Assembly (NCBI GenBank): GCA_965240325.2
Contig: OZ251230.1
Coordinates: 434,001-498,000, forward strand
Length of the DNA: 64,000 bases
Direction of reading: 5' to 3'
From: Rebecca billardiae RCC1528
Lineage: Eukaryota; Protista; Haptophyta
A program made the translations under genes and the position numbers. Each line of letters opens with the position of its first letter. The first letter of the stretch is position 1. The notes beneath the pieces were generated by a model. It was not told the DNA's origin. It made no database searches and saw only the letters and a program-made list of their open reading frames with translations. Below are positions 34,601 through 44,391 of the stretch, piece by piece.

Positions 34601-35138
34601 GCGCCGAGGCGCGCGCGCCGTCGCCCGCGCGCGCTCGCGGTGTGGATGTGCTCACACGCGCTCGCGCGCGCGCGCTCGCTCTGGCCCGGCCCGCGCGCGC
34701 AGGCTGTACCCGCCACTCATCTTCCTGATGCGCAAGGTGGTGGTCGACCGCACGTGCAAGCACTGGACCGTGCCCCGCGGGCACATCCTCGCCATCTCGC
34801 CGCGCGAGGCGGGCCGTGACGAGCGCATCTTCCCGGAGGCGGAGGCCTTCAAGCCGGAGCGCTTTGCGGAGGGCGGCGCGTCCGAGACGCTCTGGTCCTC
34901 GTCGAAGCTCTCGGACGACAAGAAGAAGTTCTCGTACATGGCGTTCGGCACGGGGCCGCACATGTGCCTCGGCCGGCGCTTCGCCTTCCTCCAGCTCTCC
35001 ATCATCTGGGCGGTGCTCTCGAGCAAGTATGAGATGGAGGTGGTCGGCACCATCCCGCCGCCCGACTACGACGCGATGGTGGTCGGCCCCAAGGGCGAGT
35101 GCCACATCAAGTACAAGAAGCGCGCCACCGCGAAGTGA
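31663..35138 (+). CDS. CYP51: Fusion protein: 3-beta-hydroxysteroid dehydrogenase/C4-decarboxylase-like (NSDHL/ERG26) domain plus sterol 14-alpha-demethylase CYP51; exons 31663-31921, 32082-33914, 34262-34580, 34703-35138
   Basis: VVIGGG|GFLG, INVGGT, YTSSASVV, IRPGVLYG, DFTYAENAAHAH (extended SDR); then VYGFTVPAFGKNVVYD, LFAGQHTSS, ETLR|LYPP, FKPERF, FGTGPHMCLG (CYP51). The junction lies inside one uninterrupted exon. Confidence 0.93.
34042..34129 (+). ncRNA. Intronic box C/D snoRNA, snR67/SNORD31-like guide for LSU rRNA P-loop Gm, with a second guide
   Basis: 8 bp terminal stem (cgcgaggg 34042-34049 / ccctcgcg 34122-34129), C GTGAAGA 34051-34057, D' CCGA 34079-34082, C' GTGACGA 34092-34098, D CAGA 34118-34121; two 11 nt antisense elements to conserved LSU motifs. 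Confidence 0.85.
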
Positions 35139-35684
35139 GCGGCGGCCGCGCGGGCAGCAGCTCGAGGACACGCTTGAACACGCACACTCACGCATGCCGC
35201 ATGCCACCGAGTCCAGCCCGGCCCGCCGCCGACCGGATCGGCGTCCGGCGTGACAATAATACACGCGCGTGATGAATGATCCGGCATGGTCATGGACCAT
35301 GTCCATGGTCCAGCGTCGATTCATCAGCGGATTCAGTCGTCCGGCGCGTCGTCACGGCCGGTCAGGCGGTCACCCACGTCGTGTCTGGCAAGCAATCGAC
35401 TGCAGTATCAATGGTACGGTGGCAGTGCAGACAGTGGCGCCACCGTTGGCAGGGCCGCGGCGGTCCGGCCGAGCAAGCTCTTCTGACACTGCTCTCCAGA
35501 ACCAGATGATCAGTCAGGTGCTAGGAGAGAGGCTGCTGCGCCGCAGCCGGAATGTCCGGTGCGCTTATTTTGCCTGGTCACAGGATCTTCAGATCTTGAC
35601 TGATAATAAAGGAAAGCTAAACCCAGGTCCACATGTAAACGTTGTGTACTTATACCCTCTGGCGGCGTGCCATCCGATGCTAAC

Positions 35685-35757
35685 GTTCGCATAGTGTAGT
35701 GGTTTAGCACTTCTGACCTTGAATCAGAGAACGAGGGTTCGAATCCTTCTGCGAACG
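35685..35757 (+). tRNA. trnQ-UUG: tRNA-Gln (anticodon TTG at 35719-35721) with atypical C33
   Basis: Acceptor GTTCGCA/TGCGAAC, D arm GTGT...GCAC, anticodon stem TCTGA/TCAGA with loop CCTTGAA, T arm GAGGG-TTCGAAT-CCTTC. Confidence 0.88.
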
Positions 35758-36289
35758 GTGAAGTACCACAGCCCCCTTTGCGTCCGCTCGCCACGTCTTC
35801 GTCCGGGCCACCACGTTTTTGCGCCTTGCTGAAGTTCCCTCCGACGGTCGAGTTGTCGCCGCCATATGACAGTCGTGGTACAGTATCGCGGGGAGTCTTG
35901 CGACGGAAGTTCGTGTGTAAGCGGCGCAAGCTTGTCAGCTGCCTGGCCAGCTGCCAGCGCGTTGTGGTCCGCGCCGCGGCGCGGCCGTGAGCGGCTGAGC
36001 GGCTGAGCCGCGCGATCGAGCGTTCAGATCGTCCCAGTGATGGGCTGATTCGCCATCATTCGGCTGATTCCGAGGAGGCGAATATGCCAAGTGGCAAGTC
36101 GGTCCGCCCGGCCACGGACAGTACTACTACTATGATAACACCCGCGGACTATACTACAGTGTAATATAGCGCCTACTGTCGGGCTGGCAATTAGCCGACG
36201 CGGTACAGTCCGGCGGTACTTTACTGTGAGAGAGTTGGCTAAGTGACGCGGTCAGCGGCGCGGAGGTAGTCGTGGCCGCCGCAGCGCAC

Positions 36290-38398
36290 TCAGGCAAGCG
36301 CTGCCGAGGCTGCCTCGGCAGCGGCGCTCCAGACGCGTGCAGGGCGTGCGACGAAGAGCGGGAACTCGCCGATCGGCGTCTCGAGCAGCACGCGGCGGCC
36401 GCCGCGCCCAAAGTCGTGCCCGGAGAACCAGTAGATCCACGTGCGCGCCTCGCCGCCAGCCGCCTCGTGCCCGTCGAGGCGGGGCAGGTACACGGCGCGC
36501 ACCTGCGCGCCTGGCTCCGTCACGGGCGCAACGAGCCAGTCCGGGCCGAGGAGGAACTGCCCACCCGCCACCTCCTCGCGCGCGCACTCCGCGTCGTCCG
36601 GGAACTGGAGGAAGAGCGGCCGTAGCAGCGGCAGGCCGCTCGCGGCGTGCTCCTCGCTCAGCGCGCGCACGTACCCGCGCAGGCGCTCGCGCAGCAGCAT
36701 CACCGCCTGGACGGCGGCGTACTCGGCGCCGCCCTCATCGAGCAGCGTCCACAGCTCGTTCGGCCCGTGCGGGTTGCCGCACTCGTCCGCCGGCGCGTGC
36801 TTGCCCACGCGCCAGCCGTGCAGCCGGAAGAGCGGGCAGAACGCGCCAAACTGGAACCAGCGCACGAGCAGCTCGGAAAAGCCGGCCGTGCCGACGCGGC
36901 CGTGCCAGTAGCCGCCGATGTCGGAGGTCCAGAGCGGCACGCCCGAGAGCGCGACGCCCTGCGCGACGCGCACCTGCAGCCGCAGCTCGGCCCACGTCGA
37001 CGCGATGTCGCCGCTCCACAGCGCCGCGCCGTGCGCCCACGTGCCCGGCCACGCTGAGCGCGCGAGCACAAAGTGGTCGCGCACGCCGCGCGCGGCAAAG
37101 CCCTCGGCGATGCCGAGCACGTGCTGGCGCACGAAGCCCTCGCCCACCTCGCCGTCGGCGCCCAGGGCGTACCGCCACGTGCCCACGCGCGCGTCGCCCC
37201 CGAAGCGCTCGGGCTCGCACGCGTCGAGCCAGAGCGCGCGCACGCCGTGCCGGCCGTACCCCGCCCAGACGGCGTCGAAGAAGGCCGCGCGCGCGCGCGC
37301 GTCGAACATGTCGACGAGGTACTGGCCGCCGTTGTCGTACGGCTCGGGCGCGGCGGCGCCGAGCCGGCGCACGAGGCAGCAGCCAGCCGCGGCGAAGCGC
37401 GCGTGCAGCGTCGAGTTGCGCACGGCGAAGGGCCACACCGACACCATCAGCTCGACGCCCAGCTCGCGCAGCTCGCCGACCATCGCCGCCGGGTCCGGCC
37501 AGCACGCGGGGTCGAAGGCGAGGTCGCCCTCGCGCACCCAGTGCTTGTAGTCGACGACGATGATTGCGAGCGGCAGCCCGCGCCGCGCGTGCCCGCGCGC
37601 CACCGCGAGCACCTCCGCCTGCGAGCGGTACCTGTTCTTCGACTGGATGAAGCCGGTCGCGTACTCTGGCATCGGCGGCGCGCCGAGCGCACCCACGGCG
37701 GCGGCGTACCGCCGCAGCACGGCGGCGGCGGGGTTGGACGCGCCCGGGGGCGCGGTGCACACCCACAAGTCGACTGTGCGCGTCGCCGCCGCGTGCCACA
37801 CCACGCCGCCCGCGTCGGAGATGGACACGTTGCCGTACGCCGGCGAGTTCCACACAAAGCCGTACGCCGCGCCCTCGCGCGCGCGCTCGGCCGCGGCCTG
37901 CGCGCCGCCGTCGACGGACATGTAGAACGGGACGAAGACGTCGGCCCCGTGCGACTTGTCGTAGGACTGCGAGTCCGCGAACGCGTGCGCGAACGAGGGA
38001 CGCAGCCCCACGCGCCCGAGCCGGTGCTCGCCCAGCCCGTACAGCCGCTCGGTCGGTCGCGGCGGCGCAAACGCCAGCGTGGCCGAAGCAGTGTCGGCGG
38101 CGCGCGTGCTCGGCGTGCTCGGCGGGCCCCAAACGAGTGGCGCGGTCTGGCGCAGGAGCTCACGCCCGTCGGACACGCGCGAGACGCGCAGCAGCCCGTG
38201 CGCTCCCTCGAGCGACACGCGCAGGTTGCCGTGCACGAGGTCGGCGGAGGCGCCCGCCCCGCTACCCGTGGCGAGCAGCGCCGGGACGAGGGGCTCGACG
38301 ATGGGCGCGCCGGGCGGCGAGATGCGCACGCGAATCCCGTCGTCGCCCAGCGGCTCGAGCCGCGTCGCGCCGAGCCACGCGAGCGCGAGCGTCAACAT
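36290..38398 (-). CDS. Glycoside hydrolase family 31 (alpha-xylosidase-like), intronless, probable signal peptide
   Basis: YGLGEH, IIVVDY, nucleophile WLDACEPE, acid/base WSGD, WTSDIGG, RWFQFGAFCPLFRLHG, QFLLGPDWLVAPV. Confidence 0.94.
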   Translation of the reverse strand: MLTLALAWLGATRLEPLGDDGIRVRISPPGAPIVEPLVPALLATGSGAGASADLVHGNLRVSLEGAHGLLRVSRVSDGRELLRQTAPLVWGPPSTPSTRAADTASATLAFAPPRPTERLYGLGEHRLGRVGLRPSFAHAFADSQSYDKSHGADVFVPFYMSVDGGAQAAAERAREGAAYGFVWNSPAYGNVSISDAGGVVWHAAATRTVDLWVCTAPPGASNPAAAVLRRYAAAVGALGAPPMPEYATGFIQSKNRYRSQAEVLAVARGHARRGLPLAIIVVDYKHWVREGDLAFDPACWPDPAAMVGELRELGVELMVSVWPFAVRNSTLHARFAAAGCCLVRRLGAAAPEPYDNGGQYLVDMFDARARAAFFDAVWAGYGRHGVRALWLDACEPERFGGDARVGTWRYALGADGEVGEGFVRQHVLGIAEGFAARGVRDHFVLARSAWPGTWAHGAALWSGDIASTWAELRLQVRVAQGVALSGVPLWTSDIGGYWHGRVGTAGFSELLVRWFQFGAFCPLFRLHGWRVGKHAPADECGNPHGPNELWTLLDEGGAEYAAVQAVMLLRERLRGYVRALSEEHAASGLPLLRPLFLQFPDDAECAREEVAGGQFLLGPDWLVAPVTEPGAQVRAVYLPRLDGHEAAGGEARTWIYWFSGHDFGRGGRRVLLETPIGEFPLFVARPARVWSAAAEAASAALA

Positions 38399-39000
38399 GA
38401 TGGCCGTTCGCACCAGTATTCAGATATTCGTCATCGATCATAAGCGGCTTTATCATATGCGCGCTTTCGAAAATAAAATCCCCATGGCAACCATCGGATC
38501 GGCATCAAGTTTGGTTCTGCTTCGCTTGCTTCTCGAGTTCTCGCCGTCTCGTCAACGATTGCAAGTACCAACTTGTTTACGGTTGCGCTTCGCTTCTGCA
38601 AGTTTCGCTGAATCGGTAGGGGGTTCTCAATGACACCTGCATGAGTCTCGTTCATTCATGAACTGAACGAGACTCGGTTCCGACTTGAATATGTACTCGT
38701 ACCGGCACGACATATTTCAAAAATTGTGGGGTTTCCTACGATTCGGCTGTCGTTACTAGTCGGCATTTGAGAACCGGTATTTTGGTTCATCCAAACTTGC
38801 GCAGGGGTCGTAAAGAAGCATCTGCAATGGGTACTTTTGTCTCCACTATGACTACGTCTGGAGCTTCGCGACGTCGCGAAGCTTGTCGAGACCAAGTCTC
38901 GAATTGTTCGCTCGCCGTAGCGCGTTCATGATTAGTTCGCCGACGAGCTCGCCGCAGTGCTCCGCTTTGACGCGTCGTCGCTCATTCCGCCCAGCCTGGG

Positions 39001-39342
39001 ATGAAAACGCCCGCCCTGATGATGAACACCAACATTTTCACGCGCACCATCGTCGACCTCTCGGAGCGCAGCACGCTCCAGAGGCGCCCATCGAGCACAT
39101 CGACGCACTCCGACGCCACGTCATCCGCCGAGACGCACACACCCTCCCCGTACTCGCTGCCCATGTGGTGCGAGCCCAACGTCGCTGCGGCCACGCTCTC
39201 GAGGAGACGGCCCAACCTCACGCAGTGCGCGCAGTGCGAGCAGGCGTTGCCTGCGGGCGCAGACATCCTGATTGCGTTTGACCTGTCGTTTTGCTGCGCG
39301 AGCTGCCGAAACAACTACCTGCTCTCGCGCGATCGGAGCTAG
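39001..39342 (+). CDS. Small protein with FCS-like zinc finger (FLZ/DUF581-like)
   Basis: C-terminal CAQC-X17-FCCASCR matches CX2C-X17-19-FCSX2C apart from S to C; disordered Ser/Thr-rich N-terminus. Confidence 0.7.
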   Translation: MKTPALMMNTNIFTRTIVDLSERSTLQRRPSSTSTHSDATSSAETHTPSPYSLPMWCEPNVAAATLSRRRPNLTQCAQCEQALPAGADILIAFDLSFCCASCRNNYLLSRDRS

Positions 39343-41482
39343 CCCCGAGCACGCCTGTATGCGGAGAATGTGTCCTCTGTTCCGGTGGCCGCCGGCTCGG
39401 ATGGCTCTCTTTGCGCCACCGCGAATGCTCGCGTGGCGGCCCACGCCATCGATCGCCTGATACCTGCCACGTCCCCGAACGTTAGCAGGCCGTAGAACAA
39501 AGAGCGGCTGAGCGTTTTGTGGCCTAGTCCAGGTGCGACCTCGGTGATGCGGAGCGGCCGGAGTGCAGCCGCCGTCCTGCCGGCGGCGGCCACGCACACG
39601 GCACAGCCCCGCGGCGCACCGTCGTCCGTTTGCCGCATCTGCTGCCTGACCACGATGCTTGATGTCAAAATATATTTATGTAGGGTAGTAGTAGATATAT
39701 ATATCGATGACAGCACTATTACCGTAGTCGTCAACGGCTCTCGGTTACGGTACGGAGAGTCTCGGACGCTCTCTGACTCTGTCACTCGGCGGATTCTAAA
39801 TATCTAATAATCTGCCGGCAATCACGGACCGGATAACGTCAACGCTCGACGACTCGCTCTAATAATTGATTATTATAAGATTAAATTATTTATTGACATA
39901 TATCCCGAGGAATCATATATATATATATACTGTACTGATATAGTCCGGGATTAGTGACGCTGATCCGACTAGCGGCCTTGCGCGTCAGACGGCGGCTCGG
40001 CGGAGGCGTCGTCGTCGGAGTGGCGGATGCGACGGAGTGATGCGATTGGCAGCGCGCCGTTAACTCGGCGCTTAAGCATAGAGCAATAAGACTTACGTGC
40101 CCGCCAGTGGACAGGACTACAATGAGTACAATCGCTGGACTCGGTCTCGGTACTATCTGTACTTTTCCGGCCGACGTGATCGGGTACGGGGTAGGCACTG
40201 ATGCCGTGATGGCGGCGGCGCCGGGGCAGGCTACCCGCTATACTGATGAGAGTCCGAACTTGAGGCTGGCGCGGTGTCAGAACGGCGGGTCAGCCGACTC
40301 CGAGTGACACGGGCTGACTGCTAAGCCTAAGGGCGGGCGCCGTCACAGAGTCTGAGGCGGCAAATTATCAGGCGGCTGAATTGGGCGCGATAAATTATGC
40401 TGCAATGCGCATCTTTATGACACTATACAATTCGATCGATGATCATCATCATGGGATTCATGGGGCAGGCTGGAGTCGCAGGTGGAAGACTCAATCACTG
40501 GATCGTGCTCCGCAGCAGCTCAGCCTCCCAAGCAAGGCCGCGCTCAAGCCATTCGATCGCGCGTTGCAGGCTACTACTATATGCTCTGCCCTCAAATAAG
40601 CCGACTTGTCGACGATCGGGCACTGCCGCCGACGAATCAGGAGACCTGCGCCGTCCTACCTGTGTCGTTAAATCATAGAATGCGTAGCTAGTATTGCAGC
40701 CTGTTATTGCTAATGGACGCGAGCGGGACGTTGATGTCAGATACATGATAGTCGTGGATATTTGACAATCGGAAGTGCAGTCGGCCGCCGATCATTCGGA
40801 TCAATGACAATGAGTATCTGACTCGGCAGGCAGCCGGCCTGGCAACTCGATCGGGGGCAGTTCCGCAGCACCAGCGCCGCAGCGGGCCGCTACGTTATTC
40901 GTTAATTGATCAGAACGTACTACCGAGCCTACCGTGTACTACTGAGGACTGTACGCCTACCCGGAAGTTCAAGTTGTTGTGCAGCGACCACTCAATCTCA
41001 TTGGCCAGGCGCCGCCGCAGCCCAGTGCGGGCGTTGTGCCACTCACCAACTACACTCTACAGGCGCACCGCCGCCCGCTGCGCCGCGTTTTGAAGCGTAT
41101 TGCGTCGGCTACTGGGGCTAAAGTAAACTCCACGCGTTCGTCTGTGATGAGCAAACGCAAAGCGGGCCGTGCCTAGTCTCGTCACTGCCAGCGTCGGCAC
41201 GATCATGGCGAGCCCGCGAGGCTAGCGCGCAGGGACGACGACGGGACGCCGGACGACCATGATTCGTTCACTTCCGCGCGCCCAAGATTAAAATAGCTGC
41301 TGTACGTGGGGGTAGTATCGATGTAGTATCGATGTAGTATGAATAGTGTAGGATTGAATACTGCTGTAGATGGTAGTACAGTTTACTGTATCATACTACC
41401 CGCCTACAGCAGTATTCATTAACAACCCGCCCGCCCTGGCCAGGCGGCGCGCACGTCCGGCGCCCCCCGTCTCTCCTCGCCC

Positions 41483-43864
41483 ATGGAGGCCACCCGCCGT
41501 TCGCGTCGCCTGGTCGAGGCGCAGCAACGCGCCCACGCGTCCACCGCCGACCTTCTCGATGTCGACGCGCTCTCTTGTATCCTCGGCGCGATCGACGATG
41601 CGCGCTCGCTCGTACGCGCGGCGTGCACGTGCAGGCTGTGGCGTGCGGTCGCGCTGTCGCGCGAGATGGATGGCGCGTGGATCCGGCTGTGCGCGGCGGT
41701 ATGGCCCGCGCTCGCCGAGCCCCCGCCGTCGTGGGCGCGCGTGCGCTCCGTGCGCCAGCTCGTGTACGGCATCCAGTCGCCGCTGCCACCCTTCCGCGTT
41801 CCGTACGGCCACGCAAGCGACATTGTGTACATGGCGGAGCTGCGGCTGCGCTCGGCGGAGCGCGGGCTCATGGTGTTTCAGTCGCGCTTCAGCGCGTCCG
41901 CGTGGGAGCGCCCGCCCCCGCGCCCGAGCCTCCGCTTCGACCTCTCGATGTGCGGCGCGTCCACGCTGCTGCCATCCGGGCGGCAGGTGTTTGGCGTCGC
42001 GTTCTCGCCCAACTGCCAGCTGGTCGGCTCGAGCGCGTGGCTGAGCAGCGCGAACGGCGAGGGCGCGAAGCGGCGCGCGGCGCAGCCGCCGCCGAGCGTC
42101 GGCCCCGTCACGCTGCGCCTCACGCTCGACGCCGTCCGCCCCGTCGACGGCCGCGCCGTGCGGCTCGCGGACGCGTGCGCGCGCCCCGCGCGCGCGTTCA
42201 ACGGCTCGGTGCGGTGCGAGTGGCAGACGCCGCTGCTGCACCGGCGCGGGTTCGAGATGGAGGCGGAGCTCGAGGCGCCGCGGGACTACTTGCACTTCCC
42301 CGTGCACGTCGCGCGCACGCTCGTCGTCCACTTCAACTGCGCCGCGCGCCGCGAGACCATCGTCGACCAGCTGAGCGGCTTTGACCTGGCAATGCTGGTC
42401 GAGCGCGCGCTGCATGCCGACGGTGGCGGCGCCGGCGCCGGCGGCGCGGCCGCGGCGGCAGCAGCCGAGGGCGGCGCGGTGGCGGCGGCGGCGGGCGGCG
42501 GCGGCCGGGCCGCGTCCGCATCCGGCCGCGGCGCAGACTACGCGGCGCTGCGCACGATGGCGCGCCTCTGGCCCAACCTGACCGAGCTCGCGCCCCTCGG
42601 CACCCACGGCACGCACGCCTCGAGCGGCGCCGCGTACGCGCGGTTGCTCGCTCACGTGCGCGCGCCCGCGCCGCCGCGGCCGCTGCCCTCGCTCAGCGGC
42701 GAGCTGCACTGCCTTCTGCGCATCTCCGCGATCGACCGAGCCACCGCCGCGAGCAGCGGGCAGCCCGCCTACTTCACGTGGAGGCTCGACGCCGAGGGCT
42801 CGGGACGGCTGCCCGCGGGCGCGGACCGCGCGCTCCTCGTGTGGCGCGCGGCGCGGCACGGCGCGCTCCGGCCGCTGCTGGCCGACGCCGCGGCGCACGC
42901 GTACGGCGGGCCGTGGCGCGCGCCCACGCCGATCCTCGACGTGCGCCTCGACCTCCTCCTCCTGCCGCACGGCACCCTCGTACGCGCCTTCGACGGCACC
43001 CTCCGGCTCGACGAGAGCGCCGAGGGCCTCGACCCGCTCGGCTCGCGCCGCGTGACGCTCAGCTCGTGCTTTGCGCACAGCGGCGCGCTCGGCCACGCCG
43101 GGCTGCGCGACGTGAACGTGGACGTGACGGTGCGCGTCGTCGAGTACCACGCGCACGGCGAGTGGCTGCACGAGGACGACGCCACCACCGACGACCCCGA
43201 TGCGGACGACGACGAGGACGACGAGGCGGAGGACGACGGCTCGGAGGAGTGGGCAGGCTCGTGGGAGGCGGAGGAGGAGGGGGAGGAGGAGAGTGAGCAC
43301 GCGCCACCGTCCGAGGTCGAGCCGAGCACCGAGGCAGGCGGCCAAGGGGCGGAGGTCGAAGCCGCCGCGGCGGAGCTCGGCGCTGCCATCGCCCCGCTGA
43401 TGGGGATGCAAGCTCAGGTGCAGGCGGCCATCCTCGCGCAGCAGGGCGCGCAGCAGGGCGCGGAGCAGGGCGCGCAGCAGGGCGGCGCGCCGCCGGTGGC
43501 GGGCTCCTCCCCGAGCAGCCCCCGCGCTGCGGCGCTGCCGCCGGCCGGTGCGCACGTGCTCGAGGTCGGCGTCGACTTCACCTCCAACTGCATGCCCACC
43601 GATCGGATCCGCGGCGTGCGGCTCGACCTGCTCAAGCACGCGCTCGCGGCGGCCGCGCACGACGCCAGCCCCGCAGCCGCTCGATTCACACCGCGCTCGT
43701 CCAAGCGCGAGTGCAAAGGGCGGGGCCGCGGCTCGGCGACGCCAGCCGCCTCGCGCCGCCGCGGCGCGAGCCCCGGCCGTGCCGCGGACGAGCGCCGGCG
43801 GCGCGTGGCGGACACGCACGGCGAGCTGTCGTCCCACGGTGGGGCGCGCGCTGCGGCCAGCTGA
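41483..43864 (+). CDS. F-box protein with uncharacterised C-terminal region and acidic tract
   Basis: DLLDVDALSCILGAIDDARSLVRAACTCRLWRAVA...WIRLC is F-box-like; the 3' end could contain an undetected intron. Confidence 0.72.
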   Translation: MEATRRSRRLVEAQQRAHASTADLLDVDALSCILGAIDDARSLVRAACTCRLWRAVALSREMDGAWIRLCAAVWPALAEPPPSWARVRSVRQLVYGIQSPLPPFRVPYGHASDIVYMAELRLRSAERGLMVFQSRFSASAWERPPPRPSLRFDLSMCGASTLLPSGRQVFGVAFSPNCQLVGSSAWLSSANGEGAKRRAAQPPPSVGPVTLRLTLDAVRPVDGRAVRLADACARPARAFNGSVRCEWQTPLLHRRGFEMEAELEAPRDYLHFPVHVARTLVVHFNCAARRETIVDQLSGFDLAMLVERALHADGGGAGAGGAAAAAAAEGGAVAAAAGGGGRAASASGRGADYAALRTMARLWPNLTELAPLGTHGTHASSGAAYARLLAHVRAPAPPRPLPSLSGELHCLLRISAIDRATAASSGQPAYFTWRLDAEGSGRLPAGADRALLVWRAARHGALRPLLADAAAHAYGGPWRAPTPILDVRLDLLLLPHGTLVRAFDGTLRLDESAEGLDPLGSRRVTLSSCFAHSGALGHAGLRDVNVDVTVRVVEYHAHGEWLHEDDATTDDPDADDDEDDEAEDDGSEEWAGSWEAEEEGEEESEHAPPSEVEPSTEAGGQGAEVEAAAAELGAAIAPLMGMQAQVQAAILAQQGAQQGAEQGAQQGGAPPVAGSSPSSPRAAALPPAGAHVLEVGVDFTSNCMPTDRIRGVRLDLLKHALAAAAHDASPAAARFTPRSSKRECKGRGRGSATPAASRRRGASPGRAADERRRRVADTHGELSSHGGARAAAS

Positions 43865-44229
43865 CCGGACGGCTGGTCGCCCGGTCGGCGACCATCGCCA
43901 CTCCGCGCGCGCGCTTGATTGACTGTGGCGCGTTGGGCTGTTGCACATAGGCGACCAGGCAAGGACGGTCACGACCTAGTCTCAGGGCGCGGCCGCGGGG
44001 CCGCCCGCGGCGGCGGCGCGGCGCGGGGTGCCCCTGAGTACGTCGATCGTCCCGGTCACTCTCGGTGGGCGCACTAGTAGCCCACTAGCAGAGAATATCC
44101 GGGGCCGCTAGATCAGCACGCTGCACGGCACGCACCGGCACGTCGTGTCGATGAGTGTCACTAGTGTGACGCCCGCCTCAGTGGTGCACAACGGTACTGA
44201 TGACGACGCCGAGCCATCTTCACACTCAC

Positions 44230-44300
44230 TATATATATATAATATATATGCCTATGTATGTATATATATCTATCTATATATATATATATATAGATATATA
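44230..44300. repeat. Imperfect (TA)n tract
   Basis: Seen directly. Confidence 0.9.
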
Positions 44301-44391
44301 GGAATGCTTCGAGTCGGTGACGCGAGACAGACGTGAGTGTCAGCTGCGCGGACGCTGAATGAACGCATCCGCGGCCTGCGCGTCATCGCCA

